A stretch of DNA of 63,721 nt, filler included, from Octopus bimaculoides (Eukaryota): assembly GCF_001194135.2 (NCBI RefSeq). It is 4 parts of 4 records of this genome, joined end to end, with 100 filler letters (N's around TTAATTAATTAA, not from the genome) between each part and the next. Parts side by side here need not be neighbours in the genome. Positions count along the whole stretch, not along the records: positions 1 to 11,605 come from NC_068999.1; positions 11,706 to 25,798 come from NC_068997.1; 2 more parts are not named here. One strand, 5' to 3'. The notes under the pieces are model-generated. The model was not told the origin of the DNA. It saw nothing but the letters and a program-made list of their open reading frames with translations, and ran no database searches. A program made the translations under genes and the position numbers. This document shows positions 11,385 through 24,400 of the stretch, piece after piece. Each line of letters opens with the position of its first letter. Position 1 is the first letter of the stretch.

Positions 11385-11605
11385 TCATCATCATCATCAT
11401 CATCGTTTAACGTCCGCTTTCCATGCTAGCATGGGTTGGACGATTTGACTGAGGACTGGTGAAACCGGATGGCAACACCAGGCTCCAGTCTGATTTGGCA
11501 GAGTTTCTACAGCTGGATGCCCTTCCTAACGCCAACCACTCAGAGAGTGTAGTGGGTGCTTTTACGTGTCACCCGCACGAAAACGGCCACGCTCGAAATG
11601 GTGTC
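11385..11605 (-). mobile_element. RTE family A 3' end, cut by a scaffold join
   Basis: (ATC)n tail then the reverse complement of the family A terminus; reads identically to 57632-57872 over the shared length. Confidence 0.85.
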
Positions 11606-11705
11606 NNNNNNNNNNNNNNNNNNNNNNNNNNNNNNNNNNNNNNNNNNNNTTAATTAATTAANNNNNNNNNNNNNNNNNNNNNNNNNNNNNNNNNNNNNNN
11701 NNNNN
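11606..11705. other. Assembly join marker N44-TTAATTAATTAA-N44
   Basis: Exactly 100 bp; the 12-mer puts stops in all six frames; the same structure occurs at 25799-25898 and 57873-57972. Confidence 0.9.
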
Positions 11706-11758
<53 letters not shown>

Positions 11759-12156
11759 GTCGGTTTTCTCTTCTTTTTTTTTTCAGTTGAAAGATCTGGG
11801 AGATGTAATGATATGAACGAAAATAAAATACAAGATGAAGGGGAAATTTGATGGAAAAAAAAGAAGAAAAAGAAACGATGTGTATACAGAGGTGTGTGTT
11901 TGTTCTGATGCGTGCATATATGTATATATGGATGTGTAAAGATGTGTGTGTGTTTAAATGCGTGTATATACATCTGTGTGTTCGAAGAAATGTATATCTG
12001 CAATTGCTGTGCATGTTAAGAGAGTCAGAATATGTGTTTATGCGTATGTTTGTGTGTGGCAAACTATACTGTTGGGCATAGGGATATCCGTGTGAGCCTT
12101 TGTGTGTATATGTGTGTATGTATGTGCATGTGTGTGTATTGTTTTGTGCGTAAATT

Positions 12157-12187
<31 letters not shown>

Positions 12188-12491
12188 CTTTATTATGTAT
12201 GTGTGTGTGTAGTTGTGCAACTAAAAGTAATTTCGTATTGTGTGTATTTAAAATTATTTTTGTGTGTTTCAGTGAAAGAGACAGTATGTCTCTGGTATAT
12301 GTGCTCGAATTTGCGCGTATAAAGGTATGTGTTTGTATGTACAAGTATGTGTGTGCGTGCGTGTGTGTGTGTGTGCGTGCGAATTAAGTTCTCTTTCCAT
12401 GTACGTGTGCATAAATATCAGAATTTTAAAGTAATATTTGACTGTATGAAAGAATAACAAACACCGGCATAACCCTTCAAAATAATAATAA

Positions 12492-12563
<72 letters not shown>

Positions 12564-12585
12564 TATAATGATAATGATGATGATA

Positions 12586-12634
<49 letters not shown>

Positions 12635-12640
12635 CGACAA
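11706..12640. repeat. Microsatellite-rich tract: (TTA)n, degenerate (TG)n, (AAT)n(GAT)n
   Basis: Direct reading. Confidence 0.9.
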
Positions 12641-13130
12641 CACATAATAACAGAGAGCTCCATTAGGAACTCTGTGCAAATCACGGTCTGCAAAGAGCAA
12701 AGACGTGGTATGAGAAAATTCCAGAAAGATTCACCGGAAATGCGATTTGTAAAATCCTGTGGGATGCAATGATCCAGTGCGATCACCCGACCAGTCATAT
12801 GAAACCGGACATTGTTGAGGTGAATAAAAAAGAAAGAACATGTATGATAATCGACATAACATGCCCCAGTGACAACAGGATCGATGTTAAAGAAGAAGAA
12901 AAAATAAACAACTACGACGATTTGAAGTGGGAAATACGAAAGGTTGTGGTCAATGAAGAGAGTAGACGTGATACCAATTGTAATTGGTGCACTTGGAAGA
13001 ATCAGCACTCAACTACCAGCATAGCTGAAAAAGATCGGTGCGAGTGTGAAGGTAGAACACCAACAACTATCAGCATTGCTTGGAACTGCAAGAATTCTTG
13101 GCAGGGTTCTTGAAGCATGACCAGTAAACA
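12640..13130 (+). mobile_element. R4/Dong-clade LINE 3' fragment with restriction-like endonuclease domain
   Basis: KILWDAMIQCDHPTSHMKPDIVEVNKKERTCMIIDITCPSDNRIDVKEEEKINNYDDLKWEIRK (PD...D-type RLE), then frameshifted VIPIVIGALG; (AAT)n/(AAGAAT)n tail nearby. Confidence 0.8.
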
Positions 13131-14669
13131 AGTGTCACCTTATTCTGCTGGCTGTGGACAGCTGACACTTTCCATCATACCCAGCAAAATAAGCTGTGAG
13201 TTTTCATCAAATAATAATAAGAAGAATAAGAATAAGAATAAGAATAAGAATAAGAATAAGAATAAGAATAAAACCAACAACAACAATAATTATATATGTA
13301 TATATCAAACGCGTAATTTGCTTCTAGTGGTGGTTTACCTTTAAAGAAGAGAGAATCTCTTTTATGTTAAACTAAGTTAATTTGAAGAACATGCATATAT
13401 AATTTTTAATTCTTCATTTTGTTTCTTAGATAAAATAAAGTTCTTAAGATTTGTAGACGTTGGTAGCTTGTATATTTACAATTTCCTCGTCCTGTTGCAT
13501 CGTAGAGATAATTTTATTTCTAATTACATATCTTTTTGAAATTATATATCGAAATATCAAAAGAATGACGAAGATCTGACAACGAGGTTCGTGTTGATTG
13601 GAAATGAAAGTGAGAAGAAGGGGAATTTTTAGATTTTCAACGACCCACGAAGGGACTTCCTTTTGTTAAACTACGAAAATAAGCTCAGTTCTTTGAAAAA
13701 CACTACACTTGCAGGGGGGGGGGGGCAAGGCTGAAAGGCATGAAGACAGATATATTCCTCTTTGGCAGAACTATCATTGATTTCTTCAAGTTTCACTCGA
13801 AAAGGAAACGAAGGATGCAAAGGGAAGTGCCGTCCTCGAGTGAGTTTACTGAAAGGTGAGTGAAAGTTGCAAAAATAACAAGAGTAGATGGTAGCACTCT
13901 AAGTGTAGAGAAGGAATTAGAGAGAGCAACTGCTCTTGGTGTTCAGGGAAATCTCGGACAGTGGGGTTCCTCGATTATCAGCAGAGGTCATCCAGCATCA
14001 GAAGGGCTACGTCTCTATCATCACCGTCCCCGCTTTTTTCTTTCTTTAAACCTTTGTTTGCTATGTATGTCTACCTTCCCTTTCATTGTATACCGCGCAT
14101 ACTTATATTTCTTTCGTTACTTAAGCCTTCCATCATTTCATTATCTGTAAACCCCAACACTTTATGTATGATGGTGATGGTGGGGATGGANNNNNNNNNN
14201 NNNNNNNNNNNNNNNNNNNNNNNNNNNNNNNNNNNNNNNNNNNNNNNNNNNNNNNNNNNNNNNNNNNNNNNNNNNNNNNNNNNNNNNNNNNNNNNNNNNN
14301 NNNNNNNNNNNNNNNNNNNNNNNNNNNNNNNNNNNNNNNNNNNNNNNNNNNNNNNNNNNNNNNNNNNNNNNNNNNNNNNNNNNNNNNNNNNNNNNNNNNN
14401 NNNNNNNNNNNNNNNNNNNNNNNNNNNNNNNNNNNNNNNNNNNNNNNNNNNNNNNNNNNNNNNNNNNNNNNNNNNNNNNNNNNNNNNNNNNNNNNNNNNN
14501 NNNNNNNNNNNNNNNNNNNNNNNNNNNNNNNNNNNNNNNNNNNNNNNNNNNNNNNNNNNNNNNNNNNNNNNNNNNNNNNNNNNNNNNNNNNNNNNNNNNN
14601 NNNNNNNNNNNNNNNNNNNNNNNNNNNNNNNNNNNNNNNNNNNNNNNNNNNNNNNNNNNNNNNNNNNNN

Positions 14670-14728
<59 letters not shown>

Positions 14729-14770
14729 CATACATATATATATATGTGTTTGTGTAATGAATACATGTAC

Positions 14771-14801
<31 letters not shown>

Positions 14802-15170
14802 CATAAACATATGTGTGAGTACGTATGTATTTATATACGATATATTATCTATGTAGTGGTATATGTAAATATGTATAAGTATAAATGTATATGTATATAT
14901 ATATATTCATATATAACTATGTATGCATATAAACACATATATACAACATGCATACATTACATGTATGTTATAAGTATATGCATATATATATTTATCTACA
15001 TATACATACATATACACATGCGTATATATACTTATATGTATGTATATATGCATCTATATTTGCACATAAGTATGCATATATATATATATGTATGTATGTT
15101 TGTACGTACGTATGTATGTATGTATGTATGTTTGTATGTATGCACGTATGTATGTATATGTGTATCTATT
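14670..15170. repeat. (TA)n and degenerate (TATG)n
   Basis: Direct reading. Confidence 0.9.
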
Positions 15171-15459
15171 TATTTACGTCTCCCATCTTCTCCGAGTCTG
15201 CGAAGCGGTTGGGGAAAGTTCGCGAAGAGGAGCGTGTGGTGTGGGGGGTGTTAGTGTTGGTGGCAGTGTAGTTCTGCAGAACTGTGTAGAAACGGCATCA
15301 ATTTACTGCTGTCCGGCTCCAACAGTCGACAGTCTTGGAGGATCAGTGGAGAGTAGTCTATAATTAGAGAATTATACACGCATAGCTCACTACTACTGCG
15401 TCGTCGTCGTCGTCGTGGTAAGCAACGTTTGGGTAGCGCGGGAGAGTTCCTCGTGAAAA

Positions 15460-16830
15460 GCATCGCCACTACCACCACCACCACCACCACAACTATCACA
15501 AGCACCAGCACCGCCACGAACACGACCACCGCCACCATCACCACCACCATCACCACCACCTGCACCATTGCTACCTCCATGACCTCCACCACTATCATCA
15601 TCATGAATAACACCACCGCCGCCACCATCACCACCACAACCACCACCACCATCACCACCACAACCACCACCACCATCACCACCACNNNNNNNNNNNNNNN
15701 NNNNNNNNNNNNNNNNNNNNNNNNNNNNNNNNNNNNNNNNNNNNNNNNNNNNNNNNNNNNNNNNNNNNNNNNNNNNNNNNNNNNNNNNNNNNNNNNNNNN
15801 NNNNNNNNNNNNNNNNNNNNNNNNNNNNNNNNNNNNNNNNNNNNNNNNNNNNNNNNNNNNNNNNNNNNNNNNNNNNNNNNNNNNNNNNNNNNNNNNNNNN
15901 NNNNNNNNNNNNNNNNNNNNNNNNNNNNNNNNNNNNNNNNNNNNNNNNNNNNNNNNNNNNNNNNNNNNNNNNNNNNNNNNNNNNNNNNNNNNNNNNNNNN
16001 NNNNNNNNNNNNNNNNNNNNNNNNNNNNNNNNNNNNNNNNNNNNNNNNNNNNNNNNNNNNNNNNNNNNNNNNNNNNNNNNNNNNNNNNNNNNNNNNNNNN
16101 NNNNNNNNNNNNNNNNNNNNNNNNNNNNNNNNNNNNNNNNNNNNNNNNNNNNNNNNNNNNNNNNNNNNNNNNNNNNNNNNNNNNNNNNNNNNNNNNNNNN
16201 NNNNNNNNNNNNNNNNNNNNNNNNNNNNNNNNNNNNNNNNNNNNNNNNNNNNNNNNNNNNNNNNNNNNNNNNNNNNNNNNNNNNNNNNNNNNNNNNNNNN
16301 NNNNNNNNNNNNNNNNNNNNNNNNNNNNNNNNNNNNNNNNNNNNNNNNNNNNNNNNNNNNNNNNNNNNNNNNNNNNNNNNNNNNNNNNNNNNNNNNNNNN
16401 NNNNNNNNNNNNNNNNNNNNNNNNNNNNNNNNNNNNNNNNNNNNNNNNNNNNNNNNNNNNNNNNNNNNNNNNNNNNNNNNNCCACTGCCAATTTAACCAC
16501 CAGCCAACCTCATACGCCGCCACCTCCATCCCCACCATCATCATTATTTACAACAGCAACAACAAAAACACCAACCCTACAGACACTACTACCGTGTCTA
16601 TTAATGTTACTACCACTCGTACAACCACCGACACCACATTTACCACCACTACAGCCATCATCATCATCGCCTCTATCGTAACTATACCTCATTCTGTAGT
16701 CACTGATGCTAACATCAACACCAGCGCCAGCGCCATGATCAGCACCAGCATCACCACCACCACCACAGCCACAACGACCATAAAACTAAACAAAACTCAT
16801 TGCCGTCAACACCACCACTACGACCAACGT

Positions 16831-16881
<51 letters not shown>

Positions 16882-16900
16882 GACTACTACACCAACAACA
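15460..16900. repeat. Degenerate (CAC)n / (TAC)n tracts flanking an N gap
   Basis: Direct reading; source of the poly-T/V/G ORFs. Confidence 0.85.
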
Positions 16901-17246
16901 ACAACATCGGCCATTTATTACTCAGTGTTTCGTCGTCTCACCATTCAGTCGCATTCACACACGAAACANNNNNNNNNNTGCGTGTGTGTGTGTGTGTGTG
17001 TCTGTGCGTGTGCATGTGTGTATGTAAATTCAACTCTGAAGATGAATATGCGTGACTTCAGTATGTTATGTATCAGAAAAGGATGAGAGCGTCTTCGCGA
17101 GCCATACGATTATATAAGACGGTTTCCCGTTTCTGAGACCTATATGCTTCCCCACTGGATGGGACGCCGGTCCGTGGTACTTACATTTAGGCACCAGAAT
17201 ATAGTATGGTATTATCTAAAGCAACTACAAAAACAAGGTGATCAAA

Positions 17247-17436
17247 AATCAAAAAAAGCAACACGGATCTTAAAGGTTATTGCAGTACGCACGTTTCATG
17301 CTACTCCATTTATTTAAGTAATGCTAGCATTACATTAAATAAATACATTAAATGTAATGCTCGCATTAGTTAAATAAATGGAGTAGCATGAAACGCGCGT
17401 ACTGCAATAACCTTGGAAATCTGTGTTGCTTTTTTG

Positions 17437-17439
<3 letters not shown>
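17247..17439. repeat. Long near-perfect palindrome (foldback / MITE-like), arms of about 90 nt
   Basis: Arm 17247-17336 pairs with 17351-17439 (AATCAAAAAAAGCAACAC...GGTTATTGCAGTACGC.CGTTTCATGCTACTCCATTTATTTAA...GCATTACATT); 14-nt loop. Confidence 0.9.
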
Positions 17440-17478
<39 letters not shown>

Positions 17479-17489
17479 TTGACCAAACA

Positions 17490-17680
17490 CCATTCAATTT
17501 TTTTTCTCCGTGTTTTTCTCCTTGTTTTCTCCGTATTCCTTCTGTTGAAGAGCGTAACTCGAAACGTTAAAGACTTTCTGTATTCCCGAGCGTCAAACTA
17601 ATACACCCTTTTGTTGTTTACACCACCTGTCCTCGTCTGTTGTTTTTTTTTTGTACATTCTCTCCTATATATAAGATATA
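17490..17680 (+). mobile_element. Penelope-type terminal repeat with degenerate hammerhead core
   Basis: CTGTTGA-AGAGCGTAACTC-GAAAC-GTT at 17542-17568, followed by TTCCCGAGCGTC...TTGTTG as in the copies at 7.5 kb and 49.6 kb. Confidence 0.55.
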
Positions 17681-17849
17681 TAACTTTGTCATAAGTTGTT
17701 TAAATTTGTTATCCTATATCTAAGACATAGCTTTGTTATAACAAATCTCCGTTTCTTGAACGATGCCTAATATGTAATATAAAATTTATGATAACAAACC
17801 GAGAACATCATATGGTATCACCACGTTTCCAACAAGCAGCTGCCTTCAC

Positions 17850-18170
17850 TCACGCTTCAGCCTGCAGCATGCAGCTTCTCATCCTAACTATCCGTCGCAT
17901 GCTCTGGTGCGGATATGTCTTCCGCCTCCTTCCAGATCATCCTACCAGGGCCTTGCTCTCATTCGACGCAACAGCTACGAGCTGGAAGAGGGCCCGTGGA
18001 AGGCCCCACACCAGATGGCTGGACATGATTAAGAAAGATCTCTGGCGGTTCGACATCATCTTGGAGGTGCAGAAGTGCTGGTAAGGAACCGCCCGCAGTG
18101 GGAAGCAATGGTGGACCGGGTCGGCTCTATGCACGATGATGCCTCTGGGACCACCAGCCTGGGATAATCC
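17850..18170 (+). mobile_element. LINE (RTE-like) 3' fragment
   Basis: RRMLWCGYVFRLLPDHPTRALLSF...KRARGRPHTRWLDMIKKDL, a typical LINE C-terminal motif. Confidence 0.7.
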
Positions 18171-18329
18171 CAGCACCCTCAAGCAAGAGCGATCTGCCTT
18201 TGTTTATCCCATGAGATCTAAAATACGACCTTATCGTAACAAATGAACTTTTGTTATGATATTCAAAGCCAACTCTTATATATTGTCAGAGACCAGAAAA
18301 CAACAAACGTCACATCCTCTCCATTTTCC

Positions 18330-19046
18330 ATCATTTTTTTCCTTCACATTTCTTCTTTTTACTCTCCTTCCTAATTCTTTTTTCCCCTTACTCTCACTCA
18401 TTCTTCACCCCTTGTTCTTTTTTCTTTTTTTCTACCGTTTTTTAAACCAATTATTTTTTTCCCATTTCCATACTTTTTTTTGCATTTATTATTATTTTTA
18501 TTTGTTTTTCTTCGTAATTCTTTTTCTATTAATTTCACTCTTCGCAAAATTAGTTGTTTCTTTCTTCCCTCTTTCTTTCTTTTTTCTTGTTTTTCTTTCT
18601 TTCCCTCTTTCTTCCTTTCCTCCTTTTTATTTTTCTTTCTTTTTTTTTCTTTCTTTCCAATTTTACATTTCTTTCATCCTTCACATTTTTTCAGACTAAT
18701 TCTCCTTTCATTGAAAAACACTGATTTTTTTCATTCCGTTCCCCTACCACTCTTTCTCATCATTTCATCACTCCGTCTTTCTTCATCTCTTCCTCCTCTC
18801 CCTTCTCTCTTTCCCATTTTCTTTCTTTCACTTTTTATTTCACATACTTTTCGCTTCACTATGTCTATCACCTCGTTTCCACCGTTTTTTCCCCTTTCTT
18901 TCTTTCTTTCTTTCTTTCTCTTCATTTTCCTTCATTTCTTCTTTCTTTCCTCTCTTTCCTTCTTTCTTTCCTTTTTTCTTTTTCTTTCTTTTTCTTTCTT
19001 TTTCTCCCTTCCCTCTTCTCCTACTCTACATTACTACTACTACTAC

Positions 19047-19136
<90 letters not shown>

Positions 19137-19191
19137 ATCTATACTATTTTTTTCTCAAATCCTTTTTTCTTTTCCTTTCGTTTCAGTACCG

Positions 19192-19253
<62 letters not shown>

Positions 19254-19605
19254 CCCCACCTATTCTTCCCTCCATCACCTCTTCGAAACCTATCATTTGT
19301 TCCATCTATCTCTTTCTTTTCACTACCTTCACCTCCCTAATTCATTCCTGTAATTTAAACAATAATAACATCTCCCACCTCACTGTTCTTCATTTTTCAT
19401 CAATGATGAGGACGTCTGTGCTGGTGATGGTGGTGGTGGTGGTGGTGGTACTGATAGCGATGGTATTGGTACCTTCATTCATGTCCTAAATTCCCTTATT
19501 TTACAATAATTTTTTTTCAGTCCTCGCATTCTGATCGTTTCTCAGTCTCTCCTACATCTTTACTTATCTTTCTCAACCTCTTTATCCCTCTCTCTCTATC
19601 TAAAT

Positions 19606-19647
<42 letters not shown>

Positions 19648-19678
19648 CTATCCATCTATCTATCTATCTATCTTTCTA

Positions 19679-19713
<35 letters not shown>

Positions 19714-19780
19714 CAATCACCTTCTCTCCCTCCCTCTCTCTCTCTCTCTCTCTCTTTTTCTCTCGCTCACTCTTTCTCTT
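18330..19780. repeat. Pyrimidine-rich low-complexity DNA with (TTA)n, (CT)n, (CTAT/CTGT)n
   Basis: Direct reading. Confidence 0.85.
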
Positions 19781-19996
19781 ATTCAACTCTTCTCTATCGT
19801 TTAATTTACTTCCAAATCAATGTTACACATTTCTCTGTTGCTACAGCGTTATGTAAGCCTTATTGTTCAAGTAACAGCAGTAGTAGTAGTAGTAGTAGTT
19901 GCAATAATATTAGTATTACTAGTAGAAACAGTAGTAACATTAGTAATAGCAGTAGTTGTAGCATTAGTACTAATAATAATATTAGTAGCAGTTTGA

Positions 19997-20175
19997 GGGC
20001 GGTGAGCTGGCAGAATGGTTAGCACGTCGGTCGAAATGCTTAACGACATTTCGTCTATCTTTACGCACTGAGTTCAAATTCCAACTTTGCCTTTCATCCT
20101 TTCGGGGTCGATTAAATAAGTACCAGTTACGCACTGGAGTCAATGTAATCGATTTAATCCCTTTGTCTGTCCTTG
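19997..20175 (+). mobile_element. tRNA-derived SINE with Meta-like domain
   Basis: GGCGGTGAGCTGGCAGAATGGTTAGCAC head, GAGTTCAAATTCC, GCCTTTCATCCTTTCGGGGTCGAT...AGTACCAG. Confidence 0.85.
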
Positions 20176-20411
20176 TTATGAGGGGTTCCTTTATACTTTT
20201 GTAAGGTACAAATTTAGTATTGTTAAGCAAAGATATTATTGATAGTGTCTGTTGTGTGGCAGCAGAACACCCCTATTGGTTGGCTCCTAATGGACTGTGC
20301 CACAATATAAATGGTCAAACGCTGCAGAAGGCTTTGAAAGCAGAGTAAAACCAAAAGTTGCCCATTGTCGAGGGTTATTACCAGTATCTTGAGTAGAACG
20401 ATTTGAAAGGA

Positions 20412-20456
<45 letters not shown>

Positions 20457-21091
20457 NNNNNNNNNNNNNNNNNNNNNNNNNNNNNNNNNNNNNNNNNNNN
20501 NNNNNNNNNNNNNNNNNNNNNNNNNNNNNNNNNNNNNNNNNNNNNNNNNNNNNNNNNNNNNNNNNNNNNNNNNNNNNNNNNNNNNNNNNNNNNNNNNNNN
20601 NNNNNNNNNNNNNNNNNNNNNNNNNNNNNNNNNNNNNNNNNNNNNNNNNNNNNNNNNNNNNNNNNNNNNNNNNNNNNNNNNNNNNNNNNNNNNNNNNNNN
20701 NNNNNNNNNNNNNNNNNNNNNNNNNNNNNNNNNNNNNNNNNNNNNNNNNNNNNNNNNNNNNNNNNNNNNNNNNNNNNNNNNNNNNNNNNNNNNNNNNNNN
20801 NNNNNNNNNNNNNNNNNNNNNNNNNNNNNNNNNNNNNNNNNNNNNNNNNNNNNNNNNNNNNNNNNNNNNNNNNNNAGATCACATAGACAGTATTTTACGT
20901 AGGATATGGGCAGTTCCCATGAGCACTATCTTTTGAACTTCAGCCATTTTGGGGTTTCCTGGTATCTGAGCTAGGTAGTAATCAGCCCGTTTCGCTGTCA
21001 TTCCCAGGGCACCTATGACAATAGGTATTGTTTTAGTCTTCAAGTTCCACATTTTGCTAATTTCTATTTCAAGATCTTTATATTTGCTCAG

Positions 21092-21171
<80 letters not shown>

Positions 21172-21646
21172 CGTACGTTGAACTTGCGATACAACAGTAT
21201 CTTAGAAGTTTCGTCTAGGTCAACCATTATTGGACAAATATAAGAATATTTTTATGAAGATAAATATAAACGAATTTAAAATGTGAGGCAATTAATGAGG
21301 AATTTATTTTCTCAGTCCCAATGTATTGGGAGCTTTCTATATTTCAGGAAATTTGATATTTAAAAGAGTAATTTTAGTAAGTATTTCCTTCATTATTTGC
21401 AACTGATATAGTCTCGTGAAGGAGCATGTTTTAATGGCTGCACCGCTTTACAGCTGACGGTCACAATATTGTAGCTTCCATTATTTGCCAGTGCAACACA
21501 TTGCGACCATATTTATCTCGGTTTGCCTTTTCTGCCAGATTAAAAGATGTATCAACTTCTTAGCTTGCAGTCGCCATGTTATTAGTAACTTTTCCATGAC
21601 TAACAGGCCTTTGATATTCACAAGGAATTTATCATAAAGTTGGAAT

Positions 21647-22030
21647 CCTTCTTCTGTCTTTCCAGTCCTCGCTAAATTGTTCAGGCCCTCTTTCCTCATC
21701 ACAAGACCAAAAAATCTCATTTGCTTCGCCCTTGTCTCACGAAGCTGTTTGCTATTTACCGCAGCCCGATTCGTTCCTTCTTCCTTAGATACTTTGTCTG
21801 TCCATGCTATCGTTCATATTCTCCTTATGAACTAGTCTTCACAGCTCTCCAAGACTGAAGTGAAAAGAAGCAGAGGAAAGAGAAAGATGATATGGATGTC
21901 AAGTTTGAGGAATTGGTTGGAAGGAAGAGGCATTAAACATCAGGAAATGGAAACTGTTACAGAAAACAAAGAACAGAGAATTGCGGCGGGACATGAACGC
22001 CTATGACTTATAATCCGGATATGGCATCGA
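21647..22030. mobile_element. 5'-inverted LINE insertion
   Basis: 21647-21858 reads on minus (...WTDKVS...KQMRFFGLVMRKEGLNNLARTGKTE); about 21860-22030 continues the same peptide on plus (KRSRGKRKMIWMSSLRNWLE...). Confidence 0.7.
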
Positions 22031-22124
22031 TTATGAAAAAAAGAAGACATTGCATTTATATAAAGAAGAATCTTTCTTTTGATCTTTTACTATAAAAAAG
22101 TTTGGAGACAAATGTTTTATAGAG

Positions 22125-22284
22125 CAAGGAGTGACTGCGTGATAAGTAGCTTGCATACGAATCACATGGTTCTGGGTTCAGTCCCACTGCGTAGCACCTT
22201 GGGTAAGTGTCTTCTACTATAGCCTCGAGCCGACCAAAGCCTTGTGAGTGGATTTGGTAGACACAAACTGAAAGAAGCCCGTCG

Positions 22285-22342
<58 letters not shown>

Positions 22343-22550
22343 TGTGTAAGAGTATTTGTATGTCTGTGTTTGTCCCCCCCATCATCGCTTGACAACCGAT
22401 GCTGGTGTGTTTACGTCCCTGTAACTTAGCGGTTCGGCAAAAAGAGACCAATAGAATAAGTACTACGCTTGCAAAGAAGTCCTGGGTGTCGATTTCTTCG
22501 ACTAAAGGTGGTGCTCCAGCATGGCTGCAGTCAAATGACTAAAGAATAAA
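22125..22550 (+). mobile_element. Full-length tRNA-derived SINE with internal (TA)n(TG)n microsatellite
   Basis: GGTTCAGTCCC B-box, GCACCTTGGGTAAGTGTCTTCTACTATAGCC, internal microsatellite, conserved 3' tail; other copies at 30430-30570, 36148-36490 and 62405-62950. Confidence 0.85.
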
Positions 22551-22982
22551 ACAATGTTCTCTTTTTTTTATTTTAAGATTTCTGATATAATACTCTTTGC
22601 CATTGTCTATGCGGCAAATTTGTATTGTTGTGAAGCTTCCAATATGGCGAAATTTCTTTCAGCGTATCTTCCCACGGCAAAAAAAATTTGCGGTGAATAT
22701 TTTGGACACGGTTTGCTGCAGAGTAAACTGGATCAACGTGAAACGAAATGCCTACTTCAAAGACGTTACTCGTTGCTCCGCTCAGAAATTGAACTCGTGA
22801 TCTCATGGCCGTGAGTCAAACATCTTCACCACTAGGCCAATCACCTCCACATAAAGAAAAAAAAGATCTAAGTGTATTAAAGTTGAGTGAAGTTGAATGG
22901 TTGAGTGGTATGGAGGTAAGTGAAGGTGAGTGGGGTGGTACGGAGTGAGGATCTGTGGAGTAACGGAGTTGGCTCGAGACTG

Positions 22983-23016
<34 letters not shown>

Positions 23017-23479
23017 TAAGTAGGTGTGTGAGTGAGTAAAAAGAGTTGAAAAGAAATGGAATGAAAGACAGATAATTATAGAGCAATTATGTGATGCCAG
23101 TNNNNNNNNNNNNNNNNNNNNNNNNNNNNNNNNNNNNNNNNNNNNNNNNNNNNNNNNNNNNNNNNNNNNNNNNNNNNNNNNNNNNNNNNNNNNNNNNNNN
23201 NNNNNNNNNNNNNNNNNNNNNNNNNNNNNNNNNNNNNNNNNNNNNNNNNNNNNNNNNNNNNNNNNNNNNNNNNNNNNNNNNNNNNNNNNNNNNNNNNNNN
23301 NNNNNNNNNNNNNNNNNNNNNNNNNNNNNNNNNNNNNNNNNNNNNNNNNNNNNNNNNNNNNNNNNNNNNNNNNNNNNNNNNNNNNNNNNNNNNNNNNNNN
23401 NNNNNNNNNNNNNNNNNNNNNNNNNNNNNGTGGTTTGGTGGTGTGGGGACGGGCGGGGTCGGGTATATGACGCCGGCTC

Positions 23480-23537
23480 AACAACAGCAATAGCAACATC
23501 AACAACAACAGCTACAACAAACTTGACAGCAACACCA

Positions 23538-23598
<61 letters not shown>

Positions 23599-24400
23599 GC
23601 TTTTGACGCTACTATTCCTACCATCACCACCATCACCATTACAACAACTAGCACCAATGCCACCGATACCAGCACCGCTACACTATCACTGCCACCAGCA
23701 CTACGACCGCCACTACAATCACCACCACAGCAACGACCATCACCATTAATAACAACAATGTAAACAAGAACAAAAAGGAAAATACTACAGTAAGAACAAG
23801 AAGAAGAACAATGATAATCACGAATAACACTAATATTTGATCATCGTCGACAACGACGGACGAGCATTATTACAATATTAGCAACATATACAACAGCAAC
23901 AAGAGAAATGCTGACATTACATATGTAGTTGTAGACAAGCGAAGCCTCTGAAGACGAGCAACGCCAGCAGAAGTAGGAATCGCAACAGTATTAGCAACAG
24001 CTATCAATAATAAATATGGGTTTGGCAATTGCACTTGCGTTAGCAACAGTATTGATAACACGCTTCGGTAATAACAACGTTAGCATTATTAGCACCAATA
24101 TATTGAGCGGTGGTAATATTAGGAAGAACAACAGCAGTAGCAACGTTCGGAGGCATAGAAACAGCAGCGACAACGACGTTAGCAACATTGGCGTCTGCAT
24201 TAAATGCAGCAGACACTGCAGCAACAGCAGTAGCGACACCAAAAATAGGAACAAGAGCATTAGCAAAATCAGCAACAACAACAACAACGTTAGCAATAAC
24301 AACAACAACAGCAGTAACAAAAATATTAGCAACACTAACAACACTAAGAACAACGACTACAGCAGCACCACCAGTAACAGCCGTAACTCTCGTGTTTAGC
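23480..24400. repeat. Degenerate trinucleotide (AAC/AGC/AAT/TAC) low-complexity tract
   Basis: Direct reading; yields N/S/T/L-rich ORFs in several frames. Confidence 0.8.

Noticed and set aside
11650-11661. TTAATTAATTAA palindrome repeated three times in the window
   Set aside because: Always centred in exactly 44+44 N; an assembly spacer with six-frame stops, not biology.
13860-14150. 96-aa plus-strand ORF in non-repetitive DNA
   Set aside because: Non-ATG start, no recognisable motif, no convincing splice pair.
13961-16544. Long ORFs of 190-380 aa (also 20223-20936, 22816-23606, 47905-48904, 54655-55449)
   Set aside because: They are read through N runs and microsatellites.
18256-19136. 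Very hydrophobic F/L/S-rich ORFs resembling membrane proteins
   Set aside because: Products of T/C-rich low-complexity DNA; no start context or splice support.
20230-20350. Frame DIIDSVCCVAAEHPYWLAPNGLCHNINGQTLQKALKAE as a WDR44 or other exon
   Set aside because: No WD40 similarity, wrong strand for WDR44, no good splice sites.
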